DNA of 64,000 nt from Alphaproteobacteria bacterium. GTDB taxonomy: Bacteria > Pseudomonadota > Alphaproteobacteria > MPNO01. Positions 27,639-37,391 of the stretch are shown one piece after another. The stretch spans positions 2,912,001-2,976,000 of the forward strand of contig OZ219866.1 of NCBI GenBank assembly GCA_964291675.2, written 5' to 3'. The notes beneath the pieces are model-generated. The model saw only the letters and a program-made list of their open reading frames with translations. It was not told the origin of the DNA and ran no database searches. A program made the position numbers and the translations under genes. Each line of letters opens with the position of its first letter. Position 1 is the stretch's first letter.

Positions 27639-28800
27639 AGTCGTCGTCGGTCCGGCGATAGGGGCCGGCCTCCGTCAGCTCGTGCATCTCGTGGCGGAGC
27701 AACACGCTCTCGCGGCTGACGAAATTCGCCACCGCCTCGCGGAATCTTGGCTCGCGGATCCAGTGGACGCTGTAGGTGGGGCTCGGCAGGTAGCCGCGCT
27801 GGATCTTGTGCGGTCCCTGTGCGCCGGCCTCGACGCGGGCGAGCCCGTGCTCGATGGCGTAGTCGATGGCGCGGTAGAAGCAGGCCTCGAAATACAGCAT
27901 CCGGTAGCGCCGCTCGGCGCCCCAGTTGCGGCCGTACAGTGTGTCGCTGCCGCGCAGGTTGAGGGCCCCGCCCACCATGCGCCCGCCGCGGAAGGCGGCG
28001 ACCAGCACGACCCGGTCGGCGAGCTCGCTGCCGAGCAGCCGGAAGAAGGCGCGGGTGAGATATGCGTTCGACCACTTCTTGTCGACCGTGCTCAGGTAGA
28101 AGCCGTAGAACGCCTCCATGTGGTGCTCTTCCAGGGCGTCCCCGGTCAGCGTCCTGATCTCCAGCCCGTCATTCGCCTCGCGCCGCTCCTTGCGGATCGA
28201 CTTGCGCTTGCGCGAGGCGAGCCCGGCGAGGAAGTCATCGAAGCTCCCGTAGCCCCGGTTGTGCCAGTGGAATTGCTGGCCCATGCGCTGCAACAGCCCC
28301 GCCTCGCCCAGCGCGCGCCACTCGTCTTCGGTGCAGAAGGTGACATGGAAGGAGGACACCCCGTGCGTCTTGGCGAGCTCCATCAGCCCCGCCGCCAGCA
28401 TCAGCCGGGTCTGTTCCGTCTCCGCGCCCGGCCGCACCATCAGGCGCGGCCCCGATACCGGCGTGAACGGCACCGAGATCTGGAGCTTCGGGTAGTACTG
28501 GCCGCCGGCGCGCTCGAACGCGTCCGCCCAACCCCAGTCGAACACGTACTCGCCGTAGGAATGGCTCTTCAGGTAGCACGGCACCGCGCCGATCAGCGTG
28601 CCGTCCTCGTCCTCGATCGCGAGGTGCTGGGGCAGCCATCCGGTACGGCCGGAGACCGAGCCGCTCTGCTCCAGGATGCGCAGGAAGCCGTGCGAGACGA
28701 ACGGGTTGCCGGGGCCGGCGCAGGCATTCCACGCATCCGGCGCGACCTCCCTTATATCATTGAGAACCTTGATCTTTACCGGCTCGCCGCCGTCGGGCAT
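27637..28800 (-). CDS. FemAB-like GNAT family protein (DUF482 type)
   Basis: NPFVSHGFL, YLKSHSYGEYVFDWGWA, YYPKLQISVPFTPVSG and EAGAQGPHKIQRGY motifs. Confidence 0.9.
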   Translation of the reverse strand: MPDGGEPVKIKVLNDIREVAPDAWNACAGPGNPFVSHGFLRILEQSGSVSGRTGWLPQHLAIEDEDGTLIGAVPCYLKSHSYGEYVFDWGWADAFERAGGQYYPKLQISVPFTPVSGPRLMVRPGAETEQTRLMLAAGLMELAKTHGVSSFHVTFCTEDEWRALGEAGLLQRMGQQFHWHNRGYGSFDDFLAGLASRKRKSIRKERREANDGLEIRTLTGDALEEHHMEAFYGFYLSTVDKKWSNAYLTRAFFRLLGSELADRVVLVAAFRGGRMVGGALNLRGSDTLYGRNWGAERRYRMLYFEACFYRAIDYAIEHGLARVEAGAQGPHKIQRGYLPSPTYSVHWIREPRFREAVANFVSRESVLLRHEMHELTEAGPYRRTDDD

Positions 28801-28976
28801 CGTGGCCTCTGGAACCCATCCGACCGGCGTCCATTGTGTGGCGCGCGGGCGCCGCGCACAAGCGGCCAGGCGGGGTCGGGCCGGTATCGGGATGCTGGAC
28901 GATCGGCGGGACAAGTGCCATATTGCCGGCCCTTCGATCGCCGCCCCGGCGCGGGAGCCGGCGGCGCGGAAACGCG

Positions 28977-29336
28977 ATGACCATAGCCACGCGCATATTC
29001 ACCTGGTGGAAGGGCGAGCCGGTCGGAAGCGACGACACGGGCAATCGCTACTACCGCGAGAAGTCGGCGCCCGAGGGACGGCGGGAGCGCCGCTGGGTGA
29101 TTTACGAGGGCGAGGCCGAAGCCTCGCGCGTGCCGCCGGAATGGCACGCCTGGCTGCACCACACGGTGGACGAGGCGCCGCCGGAGGCGGGATCGCCGAA
29201 GCGGCCGTGGCAGAAGCCGCATCGCCCCAACGCCACCGGCACGCCGGACGCGTACCGCCCGCCCGGACATGCCCTGAGCGGCGCGGAACGCGCCCGCGCC
29301 CGCAGCGAGTACGAATCCTGGAAGCCGCCCGCGTGA
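28977..29336 (+). CDS. NADH:ubiquinone oxidoreductase 17.2-kDa subunit homolog (NDUFA12)
   Basis: GSDDTGNRYY, RRWVIY, VPPEWHAWLHH and WQKPHRPNATGT motifs. Confidence 0.92.
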   Translation: MTIATRIFTWWKGEPVGSDDTGNRYYREKSAPEGRRERRWVIYEGEAEASRVPPEWHAWLHHTVDEAPPEAGSPKRPWQKPHRPNATGTPDAYRPPGHALSGAERARARSEYESWKPPA

Positions 29337-29354
29337 CCGCCGGGGTGCCGCCCG

Positions 29355-29821
29355 GTGCGTAGGAGTCCGGTCGAGACGCTGATCGGCGCCCTGGTCATCG
29401 GCGTGGCGGTGCTGTTCTTCGTCTTCGCCTACAACACCGCGCAGGTCGAGACGGTCGAGGGCTACGCCATCTCCGCGTCCTTCGACCGGATAGACGGCAT
29501 CCATCCCGGCAGCGACGTGCGGATGAGCGGGATCAAGATCGGCACCGTGATCGACCAGCGCATCGATCCGAAATCGTTTCTTGCGGTGGTCAGGATGAGC
29601 ATCGATTCGAAGATCCGGTTGCCGGCCGACAGCTCGCTCGCGATCACCGCCGACGGCTTGCTCGGCGACAGGTACCTGGCGCTGACGCCCGGGGGGCGGA
29701 GGAGACCATTCCCGACGGCGGCGAGATCGAGATCACCCAGGGCGCGATAGACCTGACATCGCTGCTCGGCCAGTTGATTTTCAGCCAGACCGGCAATGAG
29801 GGCGGCGGCGCCACCAAGTGA
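29355..29821 (+). pseudogene. mlaD: MlaD/MCE lipid asymmetry protein with a single-base frameshift (possible sequencing error)
   Basis: ETLIGALV, FDRIDGI..GSDVRMSGIKIG, DGLLGDRYLALTPG; the conserved tail (ITQGAIDLTSLLGQLIF) resumes in the -1 frame after G6 at 29691-29696. Confidence 0.8.
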
Positions 29822-30611
29822 CCGGGCGGCGCGCGCGGCGGGCACGGCGCCGGAGCAGCGCTGGGATCCCGCGCGCTATGCGGAGCACGGCCGTTTCGTC
29901 TCCGACCTCGCCGGGCCGCTGGTCGAATTGCTGGCGCCCCGGCCGGAAGAGGACATCCTCGACCTCGGCTGCGGCGACGGCGTGCTCACCGCCGCCATCG
30001 CGGCGCGCTGCCGGAGCATCGTCGGCGTCGATGCCAGCCCGGCGCAGGTCGCGGCGGCGCGGGCGCGGGGCGTCGACGCGCGGGTCTGCGACGGTCACGC
30101 GCTGCCCTTCGAATCGGAGTTCGATGCGATCGTCACCAACGCGGCGCTGCACTGGATGACCCGGCCCGACGAGCCGATCGACGGGATGTGGCGGGCGCTT
30201 CGCCAGGGCGGACGCATCGCCGGCGAGATGGGCGGCGCGGGGAACGTGGCGCAAATCTCCCGCGCGCTTGCGAACGCGCTGGAACGCCGCGGGATCGACC
30301 CGGAATCCCGCTTCCCCTGGTACTTCCCGACCCCGGAAGCCTACCGGCGCCGACTGGCCGCGCGGGGATTTGAGGTCCGGACGATGGCGCTGGTGGAGCG
30401 GCCGACGAATCTGCCGGGCGACATCGTGGGCTGGCTGGAGACCTTCGCCGCGCCGTTCCTCGACGCCGTGGCGGAAGACGCGCGGCCGGCGCTCTTGTCG
30501 GAGGTGAGGGACGCGCTGGAGCCGGCTCTCTATCGCCAAGGCACGGGCTGGGTGGCGGATTACGTCCGGCTCCGCTTCCTTGCGGTCAAGCCCGCGGCGG
30601 ACGGATGCTGA
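29796..30611 (+). CDS. Class I SAM-dependent methyltransferase (Tam-like)
   Basis: WDPARYA, ILDLGCGDG, FDAIVTNAALHW and WVADYVRLRF motifs; start uncertain. Confidence 0.85.
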   Translation: MRAAAPPSDRAARAAGTAPEQRWDPARYAEHGRFVSDLAGPLVELLAPRPEEDILDLGCGDGVLTAAIAARCRSIVGVDASPAQVAAARARGVDARVCDGHALPFESEFDAIVTNAALHWMTRPDEPIDGMWRALRQGGRIAGEMGGAGNVAQISRALANALERRGIDPESRFPWYFPTPEAYRRRLAARGFEVRTMALVERPTNLPGDIVGWLETFAAPFLDAVAEDARPALLSEVRDALEPALYRQGTGWVADYVRLRFLAVKPAADGC

Positions 30612-31000
30612 GGCTGGCCGCCGTCGTCGCGCTGATCGGGGCGCTGATCGGGGCGGCGCCGGCGGCGGCGCAGGAGGGCCGGGTCGCGGTGCTCCAGGGT
30701 CTCGACAAGGTGACCGCCAGAATCTCGACCTTCGACGCCCCGGTCGACCGGCCGGTGAGGTTCGGCACGCTCCGCATCGTCTCGCGCCATTGCCGTAAAC
30801 GGCCGCCCGAAGAGCCGCCCGAGACGACGGCGTTCCTGGAGATCGTCGAGCTGCGGCGGGACGGCCCGGCGATGCCGTTGTTCAGCGGCTGGATGTTCGC
30901 CTCGAGCCCGGCGCTGTCCAGCCTGGAGCACCCGGTCTACGACGTCTGGGTGGTGGATTGCAGGACCGCCTCGACAGCCGAGGGCGCGACTTCGCGCTGA
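30605..31000 (+). CDS. DUF2155 domain protein
   Basis: Signal peptide; [10 protein letters not shown] and [24 protein letters not shown] motifs. Confidence 0.9.
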   Translation: MLRLAAVVALIGALIGAAPAAAQEGRVAVLQGLDKVTARISTFDAPVDRPVRFGTLRIVSRHCRKRPPEEPPETTAFLEIVELRRDGPAMPLFSGWMFASSPALSSLEHPVYDVWVVDCRTASTAEGATSR

Positions 31001-31587
31001 AAGGACGCCGATCTGTCGAGCGCGTCGGCGAGCAGTTGCCGGTAACCCGAACGGTGGATCTCGACGGCGCCGAAGCGGGCGAGATGCGGCGTGACGAACT
31101 GGACGTCGAGCAGGGTGAACCCGCCCGCCGCGAGGCGCGCCACCAGATGCACCAGCGCCACCTTGGAGGCATCGGATTCGCGCGTGAACATGCTCTCGCC
31201 GAAGAACGCGGCGCCGAGCGCGACGCCGTAGAGCCCGCCGACCAGACGCCCGTCGCGCCAGGCTTCGACGCTATGCGCCCGCCCCATCGCGTGCAGCTCG
31301 CAATAGAGGTCGACGATCTCGCGGTTGATCCAGGTCTCCCTGCGCCCGCTGCCCGGCTCGGCGCAGGCCGAGATGACCTCGCGGAAGGCGGCGTCGCAGC
31401 GGATCTCGAAGACGCCGCTGCGCACCCGCCGGGCCAGCCGCCGGGGCGTGTGGAACCGGTTGAGCGGCAGGATTCCGCGCTTCTCCGGGTCGATCCAGTA
31501 GAGCGTCGGATCGTCGCGCCGCTCGGCCATCGGGAACAGCCCCACGGCATAGGCGCGCAGCAGCGTCTCCGGGCTCAGCGCGGCCAT
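30937..31587 (-). CDS. aat: Leucyl/phenylalanyl-tRNA--protein transferase
   Basis: [38 protein letters not shown] and DASKVAL motifs. Confidence 0.95.
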   Translation of the reverse strand: MAALSPETLLRAYAVGLFPMAERRDDPTLYWIDPEKRGILPLNRFHTPRRLARRVRSGVFEIRCDAAFREVISACAEPGSGRRETWINREIVDLYCELHAMGRAHSVEAWRDGRLVGGLYGVALGAAFFGESMFTRESDASKVALVHLVARLAAGGFTLLDVQFVTPHLARFGAVEIHRSGYRQLLADALDRSASFQREVAPSAVEAVLQSTTQTS

Positions 31588-31591
31588 GGCC

Positions 31592-32935
31592 TCATTCCGG
31601 CTCCGCGACGAAGGCCTCGAGCCACTTGATGTCGTAATCGCCGTTGATGAAGTCGGCCTCGGACACGATCCGTTCGTGCAGCGCGAGCGTGGTGTCGATG
31701 CCGCCGATCACGCACTCCTGCAGCGCCCGGCGCAGCCGCATCAGGCATTCGTTGCGCGTCGAGCCGTGGACGATCAGCTTGGCGATCAGGCTGTCGTAGT
31801 TCGGTGGGACCGAATAGCCGGCGTAAATCCCGGAATCGACGCGCACGCCGAGCCCTCCCGGCGGGTGGTAATCGGTGATGCGGCCCGGCGAGGGCGCGAA
31901 GGTCTCCGACGATTCGGCGTTGATCCGGCATTCGATCGCATGGCCGGAGAACACGATATCCTCCTGACCGAAACCGAGCGGCAAGCCGGCGGCGATGCGG
32001 ATCTGCTCGCGGACGATGTCGATCCCGGTGATCGCCTCGGTCACCGGATGCTCCACCTGGAGGCGCGTGTTCATCTCGATGAAGTAGAATTCGCCGTCCT
32101 CGAAGAGAAATTCCAGGGTGCCTGCGCTGCGATAGCCGAGGCGTTGCATCGCCTGGCAGGCGATGCCGCCGATCCGGTCGCGCTGGTCGTCGTTCAGCGC
32201 CGGAGAGCCCGCCTCTTCCAGCACCTTCTGGTGGCGGCGCTGGAGCGAGCAGTCGCGCTCGCCGAGATGGACGACATTGCCTTCCCGGTCGGCGAGCACC
32301 TGCACCTCGATGTGGCGGGGCCGGTCGAGATATTTCTCGATATAGACCGATTCGTCGCGGAAGGCCGCCTTGGCCTCGGAGCGCGCCATGGCGAGCGCCG
32401 AGGGCAGCACGTCGGCGGCCTCCGCGACCTTCATGCCGCGCCCGCCACCGCCGCCGGCCGCCTTGATCAGCACCGGAAAGCCGATTTCCCCGGCGATTCG
32501 CGCCGCCTCCGAATCCTCGCTCACCGGACCGTCCGAGCCGGGGACGGCGGGGACGCCGAGCCCGATCATCGCCTTCTTGGCCGCGATCTTGTCGCCCATC
32601 ATCGCGATGTGATCCGCCGACGGCCCGATGAAGCAGAGGCCGTGCTCCTCGACGATGGAGGCGAACTTGTCGTCTTCCGACAGGAAGCCGTAGCCCGGAT
32701 GGATGGCGTCCGCGCCCGCGATCACCGCCGCCGAGACGATCGCCGGCACGTTGAGATAGCTCTGGCGCGCCGCCGGCGGGCCGATGCAGACGCTCTCGTC
32801 GGCGAGCCGGACATGCATCGCGTCCTTGTCCGCCGTCGAGTGCACCGCGACGGTCTGGATTCCCATCTCCTTGCACGCACGGTGGATCCGCAGAGCCACC
32901 TCTCCCCGGTTGGCGATAAGGACCTTGTCGAACAA
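31592..32935 (-). CDS. accC: Acetyl-CoA carboxylase, biotin carboxylase subunit
   Basis: [38 protein letters not shown] and [14 protein letters not shown] motifs. Confidence 0.97.
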   Translation of the reverse strand: MFDKVLIANRGEVALRIHRACKEMGIQTVAVHSTADKDAMHVRLADESVCIGPPAARQSYLNVPAIVSAAVIAGADAIHPGYGFLSEDDKFASIVEEHGLCFIGPSADHIAMMGDKIAAKKAMIGLGVPAVPGSDGPVSEDSEAARIAGEIGFPVLIKAAGGGGGRGMKVAEAADVLPSALAMARSEAKAAFRDESVYIEKYLDRPRHIEVQVLADREGNVVHLGERDCSLQRRHQKVLEEAGSPALNDDQRDRIGGIACQAMQRLGYRSAGTLEFLFEDGEFYFIEMNTRLQVEHPVTEAITGIDIVREQIRIAAGLPLGFGQEDIVFSGHAIECRINAESSETFAPSPGRITDYHPPGGLGVRVDSGIYAGYSVPPNYDSLIAKLIVHGSTRNECLMRLRRALQECVIGGIDTTLALHERIVSEADFINGDYDIKWLEAFVAEPE

Positions 32936-32945
32936 GCGGGACCCC

Positions 32946-33398
32946 TTATTCGAGGACGATCAGCGCTTCGCCGAATTCCACCGGTGCTGCATCGGAGACC
33001 AGAATGCGGGCGACCTTGCCGGCGCGCGGCGCGCGGATCGGGTTAAAAGTCTTCATCGCCTCGATCAGAAGCAGCGTGTCGCCGGCGGCGACCGTGTCGC
33101 CGGGCTGCACGAAAGGCAGGGCGCCGGGCTCCGGCGCGACATAGACGGTGCCGACCATGGGCGCGACGACGGCATCCTCCGTCGCAGGCTCCGGGGCTTC
33201 CGGCGCGAGCGGCGGCGACTCCGGCGGCGGAACGGAAGCGGGCGGCGGCGCGGGCGCGGCGGCGTGCGCCGCCGCGGTCCGCCCGGTCACCCGGATCCGG
33301 CGGTCGCCCTCGGCATATTCGATTTCCCCGAGCCCGGTCTCTTCCAGCAGGGATGCCAGCCGCCGGATCAACGCTTCGTCGATCTCCAGCGGCGGCAT
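32946..33398 (-). CDS. accB: Acetyl-CoA carboxylase biotin carboxyl carrier protein
   Basis: Ala/Pro linker, APMVGT and EAMK biotinylation motif; ATG at 33398. Confidence 0.95.
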   Translation of the reverse strand: MPPLEIDEALIRRLASLLEETGLGEIEYAEGDRRIRVTGRTAAAHAAAPAPPPASVPPPESPPLAPEAPEPATEDAVVAPMVGTVYVAPEPGALPFVQPGDTVAAGDTLLLIEAMKTFNPIRAPRAGKVARILVSDAAPVEFGEALIVLE

Positions 33399-33853
33399 CA
33401 GCCCGCTTTCGCTGCGCCCGACGCCAGACGGGAAGCGGCTTCGACGGCGAGGGTGTAGCCGTGGCTGCCGAAGCCGCAGATCACCCCGGCGGCGACCCTG
33501 GAGACATAGCTGTCGTGGCGGAACGCCTCGCGCCGGTGCGGGTTGGACAGATGCAGCTCGATCACCGGAAGCTCGCTCGCGACAAGCGCATCCATCAGGG
33601 AGAGCGATGTGTGGGTGAGCCCCGCGGGGTTGATCACGATCGCGTCCTGGGTCTCGCGCGCGGCGTGAATCCAGTCGATCAGCTCGCCCTCGTGGTTGGA
33701 CTGGCGGAAGTCGATTTCGACGCCGAGCGAACGCCCCTTGTCGCGGCACAGCCTCTCGATCTCGGCCAGCGTCTCGCGGCCGTAGATCTCCGGCTGGCGT
33801 GTACCGAGCATGTTGAGGTTGGGGCCGTTGAGGACGAGGACGCGGGGGGCCAA
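33398..33853 (-). CDS. aroQ: Type II 3-dehydroquinate dehydratase
   Basis: [34 protein letters not shown] and [13 protein letters not shown] motifs. Confidence 0.97.
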   Translation of the reverse strand: MAPRVLVLNGPNLNMLGTRQPEIYGRETLAEIERLCRDKGRSLGVEIDFRQSNHEGELIDWIHAARETQDAIVINPAGLTHTSLSLMDALVASELPVIELHLSNPHRREAFRHDSYVSRVAAGVICGFGSHGYTLAVEAASRLASGAAKAG

Positions 33854-33885
33854 GCTCGATCACTTCCGGTGAGAGGGGACAAATC

Positions 33886-33914
33886 TATATAGGGGGACGG
33901 GATTCGATTCGCAA
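33886..33914 (-). promoter_or_regulatory. Putative sigma70 promoter for aroQ-accB-accC-aat
   Basis: Minus strand TTGCGA-N17-TATATA, about 30 nt upstream of aroQ. Confidence 0.65.
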
Positions 33915-34017
33915 CGACGGCGTGCGCGACGCCCCTCTCCCGACCCCTTTACAGCCTCCGCAACCCCGTCTATCACCGGCGCCCTCGCTCCGGCGTGGCT
34001 ATGGGCGGCGGCGCAGC

Positions 34018-35148
34018 ATGACCGACAAGATCGCACGCTTTCTCGCGGCCCGCCGGCCGGCCACGCCTTGCCTGGTGGTCGATCTCGACGTCGTCGAGGA
34101 GAACTACCGCGCGCTCGTCGAAGCCCTGCCCACGGCCGAGATCTACTACGCCATGAAGGCCAACCCGGCGCGGCCGATCGTCGAGCGTCTCGAACGCCTG
34201 GGTTCCAGCTTCGACACCGCCAGCATCTACGAGATCGAGCAGTGTCGGGCGCTCGGCATCGCGCCGGAGCGGATGGCCTATGGCAGCACCGTCAAGAAGG
34301 AGCGCGACATCCGCAGCGCGCACGCCTACGGCGTCGGGCTGTTCGCCTTCGACAGCGAGGCCGAGCTCGCCAAGCTCGCCCGCGCGGCCCCCGGCGCCCG
34401 GGTGCTGTGCCGCATCGCGATGGAGGGCGCCGGCGCCGACTGGCCGCTGTCGGAGAAATTCGGCTGCCGCATCGACATGGCGATCGATCTTCTCCAGCGC
34501 GCGGGCGCGCTCGGTCTCGATCCGCACGGCCTGTCTTTCCATGTCGGCTCGCAGCAACGCGATGTCGCGCAGTGGGATATCGCGATCGGGCGGTCGGCAA
34601 TGGTCTTCACCGCGCTGAACCGGCGCGGCGTCGACCTCGAGACGATCAATCTCGGCGGCGGGTTTCCCGCGCGCTACCGCCAGCACGCACCCCCGGTGGA
34701 GCGCTACGGCGCGGCGATTTCCGCCGCGATGACCCGGCATTTCGGCAACAACCTGCCACGCATGATGATCGAGCCGGGGCGCTGCATCCCCGGCGATGCC
34801 GGCGTCATCCAGACCGAGGTGGTGCTGATTTCGCGCAAATCCCGCGACGACGACAGGCGCTGGGTCTATCTCGACGTCGGGCGTTTCGGCGGGCTGCCCG
34901 AGGTGCTGGACGAGGCGATCCAGTACCAGCTGCGCACCGGGCGCGACGGCGGGCCGACCGGACCGGTGGCGATCGCCGGGCCGACCTGCGACGAGGTCGA
35001 CATGCTCTACGAGAATGCGGGCTACGAGCTTCCGCTCGCGCTCCGGATCGGCGACCGGATCGAGATCCTGAGCGCCGGCGCCTACACGGCGAGCTACGCC
35101 TCGATTGGCTTCAACGGCTTCCCGCCGCTCGACGAGTACTACATCTAG
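34018..35148 (+). CDS. Fold-type III PLP-dependent ornithine/lysine decarboxylase
   Basis: YYAMKANP, FDTASIYE, SFHVGSQ, NLGGGFP, EPGR, GPTCD and GFNGF motifs. Confidence 0.93.
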   Translation: MTDKIARFLAARRPATPCLVVDLDVVEENYRALVEALPTAEIYYAMKANPARPIVERLERLGSSFDTASIYEIEQCRALGIAPERMAYGSTVKKERDIRSAHAYGVGLFAFDSEAELAKLARAAPGARVLCRIAMEGAGADWPLSEKFGCRIDMAIDLLQRAGALGLDPHGLSFHVGSQQRDVAQWDIAIGRSAMVFTALNRRGVDLETINLGGGFPARYRQHAPPVERYGAAISAAMTRHFGNNLPRMMIEPGRCIPGDAGVIQTEVVLISRKSRDDDRRWVYLDVGRFGGLPEVLDEAIQYQLRTGRDGGPTGPVAIAGPTCDEVDMLYENAGYELPLALRIGDRIEILSAGAYTASYASIGFNGFPPLDEYYI

Positions 35149-35912
35149 CGGGCTTCGGTGCGCCCGTCCGCGGCCGCCTCGCGCGCGTCCGCGACGAGTT
35201 GGCGCATCGTCTCCAGATCGCGCCCGCCGCGGATCACCTTGCCGCCGATGACGAATGACGGGGTGCCGTTGAGGGAGAGCGCGTCGGCGATGGCGTAGTT
35301 GCGGTTGATGATGCGGGCGATGTCGGGCTTTCCGAGATCGCGTTCCAGCCGCCGCCGGTCGAGCCCCGCCTGCTCGGCGAGGGAGAGCACCTTGCCCCTG
35401 TCCAGCGCGCCGCGCGACTCCATCATGAGGTCGTGGAAGCGCAGGTATTTCGCACCGCCCTGGTTGCGCGAGGCCAGCGCCGCGCGGGCGGCGAAGACCG
35501 ATTCGGGACCGAGAATCGGCCATTCGATGTAGACCCGACGGATCTTGCCGTCGGACGCGATGAGCTCGTCGACGATCGGATGGACCCGCCGGCACACGCC
35601 GCAGCGGTAGTCGAAGAACTCGACCACGGTCACGTCGCCGTCGACATTGCCGCCCACCGGGGTCGCCGGGCGCTCGAACAGGTCCCGCCGGTACTTCTCG
35701 ATGGCGACCGCGGCGGCGCTCTCCTTCGCCGCCTCGCGCTTGGCCGCGAGCGCCTCCATCGCGCGCTCGATCACCTCCGGATGGCGCAGCAGGTAGGACT
35801 CGACGACGCTTTCAATGGCCTGGCGCTGCTCGGCCGTCATCTCGGCCGCGCGGGCGGGGAGTGCGCCCGCCACGGCGATCGCACAGACCGCCGCGAGAAT
35901 CCATGAGCGCAT
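35145..35912 (-). CDS. Periplasmic DsbA/ScsC-like thiol-disulfide oxidoreductase
   Basis: Signal peptide; YLLRHPEVI, EFFDYRCGVC (CxxC) and GTPSF cis-Pro loop. Confidence 0.92.
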   Translation of the reverse strand: MRSWILAAVCAIAVAGALPARAAEMTAEQRQAIESVVESYLLRHPEVIERAMEALAAKREAAKESAAAVAIEKYRRDLFERPATPVGGNVDGDVTVVEFFDYRCGVCRRVHPIVDELIASDGKIRRVYIEWPILGPESVFAARAALASRNQGGAKYLRFHDLMMESRGALDRGKVLSLAEQAGLDRRRLERDLGKPDIARIINRNYAIADALSLNGTPSFVIGGKVIRGGRDLETMRQLVADAREAAADGRTEAR

Positions 35913-35989
35913 GCCGCTTCTCCCGTTCGCCGATCCAATTCCGCAAGCGCGCCGTCGCGATTCTATCACGGCAGGCGCCATGCCGCCGC

Positions 35990-37366
35990 TCACCGTCCCC
36001 GCGCGCGCCGTTTCAGCGTGCCCAGCAAATCCTCCGCGCGCAGGCGGCCGGCGGAGCCCTCCTCGAACAGGCGCTTGGCCCGTTCGGCCATCAGCACCGC
36101 ATCGCCCGTTCGTCCGGCGCGCATGGCATATTCGGCCGAGGCGAGCGCGGCTTCGCCGAGCTTTCCCGAGCGTCCATAGGCCGTCGCGGCAAGGCGCCAG
36201 GCGAGTGCGATGGTATCGTCGTAGCGCAGCGCCTCTTCCAAATTGGAGACCGCCGACCCGAGCAGCGTCTGCCGGTTGGTCTCGATCATGGCATGGGCGA
36301 GCCCGACGCGCAGCAGCGGCGCATCGGGAAGTTGCTCGACCGCGCGGCGGTAGTAGGGCAGGGCGTCCGCGATCCGGCCGCTCTCGAACAGGATCTGGCC
36401 CTTGAGCTCGAGAAAATACGGGTCTTCCGGATGCTCGGAGATCAGCCCGGAGACGGTGTCCAGCGCCTTGGCGAATTCCGCCTGGCGATAATGCGCGACG
36501 GCGCGGGCGTAGCGCGCCGGCACGGAGCCGTCGCTCGCCGGATATTTGCGCAGGGTTTGCTCGGGCCGGTCGAGGAAGCCGTCGAGCTTGGCGACCATGC
36601 GCCGATGCGCGTCGATGGCCGCCGGCGGGGCCGGGACGTCGGAATGCCTGGAATTCGCGACATGGTTGCGCAGGAACGCGATCCGGTCGCGGGTCAGCGG
36701 ATGGGTGACCTGGTAGCTGATCTGCTCCTCTTCCTGCCGGCTCAGGAACAGGCTCTGGTAGTCCTCGAGAATCTCCATGAATTCGAGCAAGCCGCGGCTC
36801 GACTGGCCGGTCCGGTCGAGCAGGCGGACGGCCGCGCGGTCCGCCGAATTCTCCTGCGTCCGGCTGAAGGAAAGGAGCCGCGAGCGCACCAGATGCTGGC
36901 CCGCGCTGATGGTCGCGATCGCCACCCCGGCATCGCCCGCCAGCGTGCCGAGGACGGCGCCGATCACGGCGCTCATCAGCGTCGGCGTGGCGGCGTCGCG
37001 CAGCACGGTGTCGAGCCGCGCCAGGTGACCGCCCGCGATGTGACCCGTCTCATGCGCCAGCACCCCGATCACCTGCCCCGGATGCGTGGTCCGGCGCAGC
37101 AGGCCGGTGGTCAGGAACATGTGCCGCCCGCGCGAGACGAAGGCGTTGGGCGCGTTCGAGCGCAGCAGGTGGATGCGCACCGAATCGGGCTCGACGCCGG
37201 CGGCGTCGAGGATCGGTTCGAGATGGGACCGGATAATATTCTCGATCTCGGTGTCGTAGATCTGTACCGTCGGGGCGGCGAGAGCCGGCGCGGCGGACGC
37301 GATCAGCAAGGCGCCGCTCAGGGCCTTCACCCAAGCGGCGAGGCGAATGAAACCGGTACGGAACAT
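35990..37366 (-). CDS. M48-family zinc metalloprotease with TPR repeats (BepA/YfgC-like)
   Basis: NAF, GVLAHETGH (HExxH), FSRTQENSAD, THP and C-terminal TPRs; start uncertain. Confidence 0.9.
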   Translation of the reverse strand: MFRTGFIRLAAWVKALSGALLIASAAPALAAPTVQIYDTEIENIIRSHLEPILDAAGVEPDSVRIHLLRSNAPNAFVSRGRHMFLTTGLLRRTTHPGQVIGVLAHETGHIAGGHLARLDTVLRDAATPTLMSAVIGAVLGTLAGDAGVAIATISAGQHLVRSRLLSFSRTQENSADRAAVRLLDRTGQSSRGLLEFMEILEDYQSLFLSRQEEEQISYQVTHPLTRDRIAFLRNHVANSRHSDVPAPPAAIDAHRRMVAKLDGFLDRPEQTLRKYPASDGSVPARYARAVAHYRQAEFAKALDTVSGLISEHPEDPYFLELKGQILFESGRIADALPYYRRAVEQLPDAPLLRVGLAHAMIETNRQTLLGSAVSNLEEALRYDDTIALAWRLAATAYGRSGKLGEAALASAEYAMRAGRTGDAVLMAERAKRLFEEGSAGRLRAEDLLGTLKRRARGR

Positions 37367-37391
37367 CGAACACCTTGTTCTGTGTAGGCGT

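Noticed and set aside
29688-29700. Programmed -1 frameshift in mlaD
   Set aside because: CCC GGG GGG C does not fit an in-frame X XXY YYZ slippery heptamer; a homopolymer indel is the simpler explanation.
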